Source of the DNA: Selaginella moellendorffii | Lineage: Eukaryota > Plantae > Lycopodiophyta | Direction of reading: 5' to 3' | Assembly: GCF_000143415.4 (NCBI RefSeq) | Contig: NW_003314311.1 | Location: 1 to 64,000, forward strand | DNA: 64,000 nucleotides | Shown here: one piece after another, positions 54,310 to 64,000 of the stretch | Position numbering within the stretch: position 1 is the stretch's first letter | Layout: each line of letters begins with the position of its first letter | Notes under the pieces: generated by a model | What the model was told of the DNA's origin: nothing | The model's input: only the letters and a program-made list of their open reading frames with translations | Database searches by the model: none | Translations under genes and position numbers: made by a program

Positions 54310-56165
54310 GTATAACACATAAAGTTTTTGATGCAACAGCAGTAGTATAATTATATACTACATCTGAATTTAGAGTTAACCTCCAAGGGTGTTATATTAC
54401 AAAACAAGGGTCCAATATGCACTCAATATTCTTCATGACCACTAGCTTTTACATACAAAATGGTATTAGATGGAGTTTAACACAATTTCAGTATACTAAT
54501 GGCCTAACGCAAAGAGGAGGGTACCCCACCAACTAGAGTAGTATAAAGCTTGGGTTTAAACTCAAGTCGAATAAAGAACAAAAAGTGACAAAGCTTAACG
54601 GGAGCAAAACTAATATCTTAAGTGGTCAACCATGCTTTTAACTATTATCCCTACTATATATTTGACCACATGGTAGATAACATCTTTTATAAAACTATAT
54701 TACCATAGTTAGCATCACCAATTTGACTTATAACAACTTTATGCTTCACACTATAAGGATTCTCATAATCTACTGAATGAGATAGCATTGACTTAAGATG
54801 TCTCACCAAGTTGAAGATCCTATGAGAATTGTGATTTTGCCTCATTTGGAGGACATCATAGGCTAAGCCCTCATGATAGATGCACTTATAACTTCACTTC
54901 ACCAACCATTACCCAAAGGGTAATAACAACTCATAGGCCAAATATGCAAGAGATCCAAACCTCAGGGGATTGAGTGACACTAGGCACACTAGAGGTGGAG
55001 ACAACAAAAGACATCGGTTGCCAAATAGTAGAGACAAAATCCCTTAATCTCATGCTTTTTGGGGGTGTATGTAAATAAAATATAAAATATATCATCTTCA
55101 AAAATTTGTCTATGATAACCTCCACTAGCAATAGGTAATAGCATTAATAAATCAGGTGATGCTATTATCTCAAACTTCGTAGTTTGGTAGGTAGTGCACT
55201 CCCTTATCCACTGCTTGACCTCACATTGGATCCCCTTCTAGTAGAAAAAGTGGATATCCCACCACTAAAATGTTACAACATAAAGTTCCAAATGCAATAT
55301 AGCATAACTGTAGTGCACTTGAATTTGAAGCTAAACTCTAAGTCTATTGCACTACAAAATAAAGGTTTAGTAATCAATATTCCCTACAAGCACCAACTTC
55401 CCGTATCTAGCTCTTTTGCAAAATGGTATCAAATGGAATTTAGCACAATTTCAATAAACCAGTGGCATAATGCAAGGAGAAGGGTATCCCACCGACTAGA
55501 GCAACATGAAGTTTAGGCTTCAATTTAACCCAGATGTAAAACAAGGAACATAGTTTAACAAGAGGTAAATTAATATCTCAAATGGTTAATCATGATTCTA
55601 ACCACTATCCCAAAAGTTAGTTTCTAGGACAAGCTTGAAAGCTAAATATGGAATGGCACTAGATTGATAATTGTGACATGAGAATAACACTATAAGATTC
55701 AAGACACTCTTTATATTCCATAGTTATGCCTCTTAAGTAGATTTGGATACTTACCATAAATAGCATATGGAATTGGATGTCCCACCACCAAAACATTACA
55801 GTATAAAGTTCCCAATGCAACAACAACAACACAACTATAACACACCTAAATTTGGAATTAAGCTCCAAAGCTATTACAGTATAAAACAAGGGTCTAGTAT
55901 ACACTTAATATCCTTTATGAGCACTAGCTCTTCATATCCATCTCCTACATGTAAAATGGTGTCAAATAGAATTTAACACAATTTTAACATACTAATGGCC
56001 TAACGCAAGGAGGGTATTGTACCGACTAAAACAACATAAAGTTTAGGCTTAGACATAAGCCAAATGTAGAACAAGGAGTGATAAAGCTCAACATGAGATA
56101 AATTATTGTCTCAGGTGATCAACCATGCTTTCAACTATTATCCCTACTATACATTTGAAACCACA
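54310..56165. repeat. Three diverged copies of a ~360-bp unit, possibly decayed LRR coding sequence on the minus strand
   Basis: Copies at ~54310-54670, ~55270-55615 and ~55790-56165 share ATAAAGTT..ATGCAA, AATGGCCTAACGCAA and AACCATGCTTT. Confidence 0.7.
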
Positions 56166-56329
56166 ACATTTGTTACTAAAATCTTTAACTAAGTTAAAGA
56201 ACATTGTTTTCTTTTACCTTTTTTTACTTTCACTATTCTTGGGTTTAGCGATAGAAAATGGGCAATGTTGGGGAGAGAAAACAAACTGTGGAGAAGGATT
56301 GGGGTAAGGATATTATCCTCTGCAAAGTA

Positions 56330-58200
56330 TATGATAATGCTCAACATCACTAGATTTGTAAACATTGCAACAAAGAGTATGGAGGGTCTTTGAAGCATCA
56401 CCAAACACATTTGGGGTGAATCCCAAGTCACCAAATTGCTTTATATGAGATTATGCCACCTGAAGTTGAGCATGAGAACTAAGAAGTCTTTTGGAAGACT
56501 TATCCAAAAAATAACTCAAGAACTCAATAACATGGAGCAACTGATACCCAAATGCTAGAAAGGGAACCATCTACTACAAGATCAAATGCCCAAATGTCAT
56601 ATAGGGACATGGGGAGTGGAGGTAATAGAGCATCTATAAGGCAGTCCTCTCAGAGAAGCTCTATATACTCAATTGGAAATGCAACTCTTGATGGTTGTTT
56701 GCCTATAAACATATAGATTGTCTCAAATGCCAAGTTGGCACATCTAGGATGCAAAACTCAAACAACTCTTAAATAGTCCTTTGAAAACCAATATCACTGA
56801 AATGCAAATGTGGTTGTGAGGAGGCTTATATAAGCTTATGCTCCTCCTTTTAACATCATTAGTTCACTTTTTTGGGAAGACATGATGAATGTTTTACTTG
56901 TTGCTGGAAAAGGATATAAATCCACCATGATCAAATATAAAGGACTACATATTCAACATTTGAATAAAGAATGTGAAAGTTTGAGAAAGAGGATGCAGCC
57001 AATCAAAGAAGGATGGAAACATTATGGTTGTAATATCATCTTGGATAGATGGCAATGTAGCAGGAAGAGGCTGATTATCAACTTCTTGGTTGTGAGTTGT
57101 CAAGGTTGCATATTCCTAAAATCTGTGGATGCATAAGATGCAATCAAGACTGATTTATATCTCTATAAGCAGTTACAGCCAATGATTCTGAAAGTTGAAC
57201 TTGAAAATGTTGTTCAACTAGTCACAAATAATGCAGCCAATTGTGTGAGCATCGGCCAACTTATGATGGAGGAGTTTCCTCACATCATACATGGTCATTG
57301 GGTTTGTCATGTTCTTGATTTGTTATGTGAAGAACTTGAATGGGCATAGCCATTGCATTGGTTACCTTCTTCACAAAAAAACCAAAGCTTCTAGTTGCTT
57401 TCCAGAAGATTCCATGTTTGGCTTGATACTTGAAGCTATGTGTCTGGAGCAGACGAAGTGGAAGCCCTAGTGAAGAATAGTGAGTTTTGGATGTAGTATT
57501 CTGAGCTTCTCGTGATCATGGCCCCAATTCTAAAGCTGTTAAAAATAGTTGATAGAGATGGCGCAGGGATGTGTGTCATCTTTGAAGCTATGGATCAAAT
57601 GCAAAAGAGCTTATAGAAATTGGCTGATGATGATGTGGTGGACAAGCAGAGAATTGAAATGGTTAAAGCATTCATATACAATAATGATTAGTTTGGTCCA
57701 AACTGTTGGCTCATGATGCACAATTGTCTACAAAGTGTGGCTGTTGTTTACATCCATTGTGGATGGACATGGAAGAGGATGTTGAAGGCAATGATACCCA
57801 TGCATACTTTGAATAGATTTCAAAGGGGGATTTGACGCTTAAGGAAATGTTAGTGCTTCAATTTCATGATTTCAAGAAAAATCAACCTGCACAGATAAGA
57901 CATAATCTAGAGAGTATATATCTCAACTCCTTGACCTGCAAAAGGTGGCTATATAAATGCTCAACCAATGTATTTCAATTTTTGATGCTAAAAGAAATTA
58001 GAGCATTTGGAGCATTGTCTAGTCTAAGAGAAGAGCTCAGTTGCGTTGTGAACATGAAAAGTTAGTGTATTGTTACACTAACTTGAAGTTAATCCAACTC
58101 ATAGAGACAAAGGGCACCCCTTGTAAGGAGATTGATCATGATGATTTAGATTTAGAAGCCAATTGGGAGAGGCTTTTATATATGGAGCAAATGATGGAAG
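56330..58200 (+). mobile_element. Degenerate hAT transposase (BED finger, DUF659, dimerisation region)
   Basis: CKHCNKEY, WKHYGCNIILDRW..RLIINFLV..FLKSVDA, VVQLVTNNAAN, CHVLDL. Many stops. Confidence 0.85.
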
Positions 58201-58389
58201 AATTCTAAGAACTTTTATAAGAGATAGATGAAAGTGTTGTATGATCTTGAAATTATGCAGTAGAATATTCTAATATTTAAAAGAATCTTTTAGAATCTTT
58301 TTCATTTCTTTAGGTTTTTAAGTTTGTTACTAACAAACGCATTTGGAACGTTTGTGTGTTTACTCGGTAAGTATGGTTTCTACCATGAA

Positions 58390-60034
58390 TTCTTGCTCTA
58401 GATCGGGGAGAACTAATAGAGGAGACTTGGAGGAATCATCATTTGAGCTCCACAAAGCCTTCTATGCAGATTCTTCCCACGAAAAGGTACCAGTCCTGAT
58501 AATGTTTGAGTGGAGCTGCTACCGATGTGAAGTGCCAAATGAAGTAGTGGAGATAATTGGCAAACCTGACAAATGCTTGAAGCTGCTTCAATGACTACCA
58601 ATCTTCTACCACCAAAAGCTTGTTTAGATTTGGGAAAACTTGTCCATGAGAAACTCAAAATCCCAACTACTCAAATTTTTGTATACCAAAGCTGCATTTA
58701 GATAGTTTACTAACCATCCTATTCTCCTCTAATGTGGAGAATACACATAAATGCCATATCTTGTCTTTCTTGAGGACTAACAACTTTGGTGTGGCGAATG
58801 GGCTGTTGCTAAGCTCGATAAGGTTCTACTCCAATAGCTCCACCATCATTCAATCTATAGTATCATGTTCCTCCTTTGTCAACCAAAATAAAGGCCTACA
58901 AACAGGGCTGGTCAGCTTGATTGTGTGCTTCATACTGGTCTTCTCACTAACCATGGGTGCCACTTACAACTTAAAGACAGCTTTGTAGTGTAAGAGGACA
59001 TTCACGATCTCGTCCACCAATCCCATCTCTCAGATCCTATGGATTTGCTTCATTGGTTGCCAAAGTTGACATTGCTGTCTTGTTGTTGTTCCAAGCTTCA
59101 GGTCCACTCTTGAAACTTTCATCTATCTTTGGCCCCGTCATACTTCTCCAGCGGGATCTGATCTTGCCATCTTCCCCAGCAATTAGTCATATACCTCCAG
59201 CATCAATGGGAGTTCTTCCCAACATTCCTTCCCCTTTCCTGTTAACCCCGACTCCTCGCATCTTCTTGATTAAGCCCTCATACCACTCTGTGCTGTCCAC
59301 TAGAGGGAGTGGGACTAAGGAAGAGTCATGTAACCGGTCATGATTTGTCAATCGGCAAACTAGGCCCCATTGATCCTGGTTCATTTGGCTTGAATGCATC
59401 CTCCCCTCCAAGAGCTCCTGGCACTCCTGGAGTTGTTCTTGCTGCTCCCCCAATCGCTGCAGCACCTGATCCAGATGTTGCAAAGAAAGCTGTGCAGATG
59501 CGTACTGCTCACTTCCCTGCTTTTGATCAGACAAGTACAGCTGCATGAACGAACGGAGGGCATTCTTGATGTTTGTCAACATCTCAGTCGAAACTAGTGG
59601 CGATGGGGCTGACGAGTTTGTAGTCTCACCTTTTGTCTCTGGGTAGATCTCACTGTCTTCTTGCCATGCCATGGCAAAGCCCTGGCGCCATTCTCTTCAC
59701 CTACGAGCTCCCAAGCGAACCAAGAACACGAACAAACCCTAGGGATACCGTGAAAGGAAGAGAAGTGCCAATTGAATGGTTCTCACTGTTATGCCCCTAG
59801 AAACTTCATGAAATGTCACTATCCAAATCGTGCAAATTGGCAGTCTGGCTAGAGAATTGGTGCTCCAATACCACTGTTGCATTCCTCCATCATTTTATAG
59901 ATCTCTAAGCATTCCTTAAAGGGAAAAGGAATAGGGGTGGAAGGAAAAGAAAAGAAATCAAGGAAGGGGAGAAGAAGATCCAAAATTATAACCTGCCCGT
60001 ACACACTTACCTTATATCACTCCCGTGTTTATCA
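58390..60034 (-). mobile_element. Truncated, internally deleted Ty3/gypsy element
   Basis: Putative LTR at 59875-60034, PBS TGGTATTGGAGC (59862-59873), gag-like ORF 59187-59672, RT remnants SNSPFATPKLLVLKKDK, KLSKCSFG and FANYLHYFI. Confidence 0.75.
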
Positions 60035-60596
60035 TATGGAGACTGACTAAAATAAGCGTCAAATTCCTATGGAGACTGACTAAAATAAGCGTCAAATTCC
60101 TAGACTCATGAGTCGGAAACCTTTATTTTTATAGATAAGTTATTTCATAAACTGTGATCTTGATTATTTTAAGCTGAAGTTGAAGTCAATCATAGTTTCT
60201 ATTTTGGAAGTTTTAAAATACTATTCAAGCTTTCTAGTGTTTGAATAACAAATAGTAGTAATTGATGGCACTAATAGAAAAAACTATTTCTGATATGAAC
60301 AATTTAGTTTTCAAGCACCTTTCATAGTTTATTTAATTAAATTATAAAAATTTATATTTTTAAAAACAATGACATTAATATTAATAACCACCTCTGTAAA
60401 ATAGTATGATAATAAATTTTGTTTATAAAATAGCTAATCATGAAAAATTAAACTAGTTTATTAATATCTTTACAGTTTTCTTATCATTTTGCTATGAGTT
60501 TTATATAGTTTCAATATTGCATAATGTTTTCCTTTTTCAAATAATCAACATAACTATTCGAAATTAATAGAATAAAGTACTCTTACAGATAGTAGA

Positions 60597-61451
60597 ATGA
60601 TTATATCTATTTATTATTTATTTTTATTTTTATCTTATTGTCATTGTATAACTAAGTATTATGATAAACCACAAGCTATTTCTGTTCATTACAGACATTA
60701 TACTATTTTACCTCTAATTTACAAACTTATTGAAGATGTTGGTAAAAGAGAAAATTTATATCTTGGCTTTTCACTATCTAAAGTGAAATTTGAAAAACAA
60801 AAGACTTTAATAATAACTATAACTGTTCTTGATATACAAGTTGAATATAAAAATTTAGTAGCTTGTACTATTATTGCTAGCCTATCAAAGGTGTATAAAG
60901 GATTTCGTATTCAAAACCGATTGCTTAAAATTTATCAAGATTATATTGTTAATGATGGAGTTACCTATGGTTCAGCTGAATATATAGATGAGAGATACTC
61001 AATATCCTACACTTTAGAAAGTGATGAATTATATGACACAAAGAGTATATATAAAACTTATTTTGAAATTGGAAATTTTAAAGATTGTAATATTTATATA
61101 GTATGCATAAGAAATAGACCATTCTTTTCATATTTAGAAAATGGAGCTTTTCTTCAATCTCCAAATCGTTTATATATTTTATATATGCAGATTGACTGTA
61201 ATTTAGTTCTTTATAATGGGTTGTCCATAATTTGGGAAACAAAAACTAATAATATGGGTGAGGGATGTTTTCTTAGATTACAAAAAAATGGAAATCTTGT
61301 AATTTATGATAAAAATTACAGAGAGATCTTAGTATATCATTTAAAGAAACAAGATAAATGGGTTACATATGCATTATGTGTTGAAAATGAAGGATATCTT
61401 GCTATTTATAATACAAATTTGCAAATTTGTGTATGGAAATCAAATTATTAA
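60597..61451 (+). CDS. Secreted protein: signal peptide + unknown domain + bulb-type lectin (paralog of 24255-25118)
   Basis: Intact 284-aa ORF with MQIDCNLVLY. Aligns end to end with the first copy. Confidence 0.85.
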   Translation: MIISIYYLFLFLSYCHCITKYYDKPQAISVHYRHYTILPLIYKLIEDVGKRENLYLGFSLSKVKFEKQKTLIITITVLDIQVEYKNLVACTIIASLSKVYKGFRIQNRLLKIYQDYIVNDGVTYGSAEYIDERYSISYTLESDELYDTKSIYKTYFEIGNFKDCNIYIVCIRNRPFFSYLENGAFLQSPNRLYILYMQIDCNLVLYNGLSIIWETKTNNMGEGCFLRLQKNGNLVIYDKNYREILVYHLKKQDKWVTYALCVENEGYLAIYNTNLQICVWKSNY

Positions 61452-61707
61452 ACTTCTTTAACATTAAGATAATTCACCATGATTATTTTTAAATAAACTA
61501 TTTTATATTTTTAGCTAATAAAAAACAGGGAAAATTACATTACTAAAACTTTACAAAAAAACAAATTTGCCTTTAGAATTTTTAAAATTATAGTTTTGAT
61601 TCTACAAAGCTAGAAAACTACCCTTACTCAACCTTCAACTAAAATAATCTAAAATATTCTATTTAATTTGGGGCAAATGGGATTAAGGATTAGGGCTAAT
61701 TGATGTG

Positions 61708-62231
61708 NNNNNNNNNNNNNNNNNNNNNNNNNNNNNNNNNNNNNNNNNNNNNNNNNNNNNNNNNNNNNNNNNNNNNNNNNNNNNNNNNNNNNNNNNNNNN
61801 NNNNNNNNNNNNNNNNNNNNNNNNNNNNNNNNNNNNNNNNNNNNNNNNNNNNNNNNNNNNNNNNNNNNNNNNNNNNNNNNNNNNNNNNNNNNNNNNNNNN
61901 NNNNNNNNNNNNNNNNNNNNNNNNNNNNNNNNNNNNNNNNNNNNNNNNNNNNNNNNNNNNNNNNNNNNNNNNNNNNNNNNNNNNNNNNNNNNNNNNNNNN
62001 NNNNNNNNNNNNNNNNNNNNNNNNNNNNNNNNNNNNNNNNNNNNNNNNNNNNNNNNNNNNNNNNNNNNNNNNNNNNNNNNNNNNNNNNNNNNNNNNNNNN
62101 NNNNNNNNNNNNNNNNNNNNNNNNNNNNNNNNNNNNNNNNNNNNNNNNNNNNNNNNNNNNNNNNNNNNNNNNNNNNNNNNNNNNNNNNNNNNNNNNNNNN
62201 NNNNNNNNNNNNNNNNNNNNNNNNNNNNNNN
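61708..62231. other. Assembly gap
   Basis: Run of N. Confidence 1.
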
Positions 62232-64000
62232 NTTTGAAAAGGTACATTGTAGCTGTAAGAGTCAGGGTGCCCTTGGGAAGCTTCACACATCTATTTAGAA
62301 GGGAGGGTTAGCTTGTTTGATTCAAACTTTCATCAATGTTATTAATGTGAGGAGCAAGGGGGCAAGGCATACATTTGGGGAACAAAAAAGTTAGTTCCAA
62401 TATGGATTGCTAATGGTTTTCAGCAAACCTTGGTAGAAGAATTAGGATTTAACATGAAAAACACAAGTAGGTATGTTAGATGGGAAGATGGTGTTAATAT
62501 ACTATATATAAGACCTTAGAGGGGGAAATAGAAAATAATTAAAGAGATTCCTATGAATCAGGTAGAGCTTTATGCAAAGCTCTCCATGTACTGTAAGAAG
62601 CTTTTGGAGAGCAATCTCAAGAGTAAAGTATTCATGGAAAGAGATTGATTGTATCAAATAGTTATTTGTTGCTTTTAAAGTATTCTTAATTGGTTTCTCA
62701 TGTTATAAACTTTTGGTTGAACTCATCTCAAGGGCCACTTCTAAGACTACTTATTGAGTGCTAGTGTTGAAAGGAGCATTATATCCTTTAGCATTTAGCA
62801 AGTGGTTTTTTTTGCTTATGAACAAAGCAATCAATAATAAATGTAGTATGATATTCCTTTCTGATCTGTAGAAAGGTGTTGTTGATATGTAATACAAGTG
62901 GAACATGGTTAACAAAGTTGATGACTTAATTCTTCAAGCAATGAAGTTTGGGATGATATTAGTGATATGACTTCCACTAGTTTAGTGAAGCTTAGATTTG
63001 TGAAGTATGAAGTCGTGATTGCTTAATTCTACACCCATCCTTGCTACTCACTTGAGGCTTATTGTGGCACATATAGGTCTTTTGTTCTGGAGGGCTTGTG
63101 CAAGAATAATACACAACCATTAAAAATCCTCTTAGTTAACTAAGGAAAAAATGTGTATGAACATAATACATTGGTTATGATAAAAAGGGCTTTCCATTGT
63201 GGATGATGTCATTACATTAGACATAGCAGATGAACTTGTTAGTAGCTAATTTAATTAGTTTATTTTGTTTTTCTTTCTATTTTATTTGTTATTCTCTTGA
63301 ATATATGTTAATAAGTAGAATATTCTAGAATATTTTAGTTGAAGAGTGTTAAAAGGTTGAGTAAGGGTTTTGTTTTGTAATATGTAAAATTTTGTAGTGG
63401 CAAAATTGTAAATTTGGAAATTTAGGACTAAATTTTGGTTGGTCATGGAGCTAGCTGAAATATGTTCTTTATTGAGCATTATTTAAGGGTTTTAAAATCT
63501 TTGGTAAAGAAAAATTTGAAGAATCTATAGCTGAAGGTTTGCTATTAAGAGAGAGTTTTTTATATATATAATATTTTAGTGCTAATTTGGTTACTAGTAT
63601 TCCATAGTTTATATCTCTATTTGATTATAGTAGCATTCAATTGCAGCATTTAGGAAAATAAATTCAACTTAGTTTAGAAGAGCATGAAAATATTTCTCTA
63701 TATATTTTGTAGCACATGTGCTTTTCACTTTTTATCATATAGTGATTTACCATAAGATAACCACAAAGCAAAACCTAAACTCTTTAGGTGCCATGTATCA
63801 CATGACACATGCCACATGCCATGTGTTCAATGATAGTAGAGCAAAACTCAAGTTTCAAAGCCTTAAATGAAAGAACAAAGTTAAACTCTTAATTTTGTAA
63901 CCAAGGGGTTAAGGAACCAAAATATAGAGCAACTCAAGAGCGTTATGCCCAAGGAGCAAAGGGATAGGAGCATAGAGTGACATAAGAATAGTCATAGAGC

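Noticed and set aside
61649-62311. ORFs of about 200 aa
   Set aside because: Made of N-gap X residues.
62232-64000. Possible further TE or gene remnants
   Set aside because: AT-rich and degenerate, with no identifiable motif.

Overview
Gene-dense eukaryotic land-plant DNA, not prokaryotic. Tiny 50-75 bp introns, SS-motif-rich PLS PPR genes and a ciliary CYB5D1 gene point to a plant with flagellated sperm, most likely a lycophyte such as Selaginella (inference). 1867-14760 is a decayed Ty3/gypsy element (short LTRs, tRNA-Ala PBS, 4-bp TSD). A young 7.9-kb non-autonomous LTR element with minisatellite-bearing LTRs is nested in its gag in opposite orientation. 15.1-53.4 kb is a compact gene block: ACBP, peptidase C45, NRDE2, ANTH protein, B-lectin, MCM2, subtilase pseudogene, PPR, CYB5D1, PPR, coiled-coil protein, ZCCHC10-like, galactokinase and MTV1-like. 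It is interrupted by a gene-fragment region and a TRIM at 35-41 kb. 53.7-60.1 kb holds Helitron, hAT and gypsy relics, followed by a second B-lectin paralog. Best candidates for something undescribed: (1) a pair of very AT-rich, intact, secreted 'unknown domain + bulb-type lectin' genes; (2) a nested LTR element whose LTRs and interior appear to be built from a fossil pol lying antisense to its own PBS/PPT. All calls were made by eye from the sequence and ORF track, no searches were run, and the boundaries of spliced genes are approximate.
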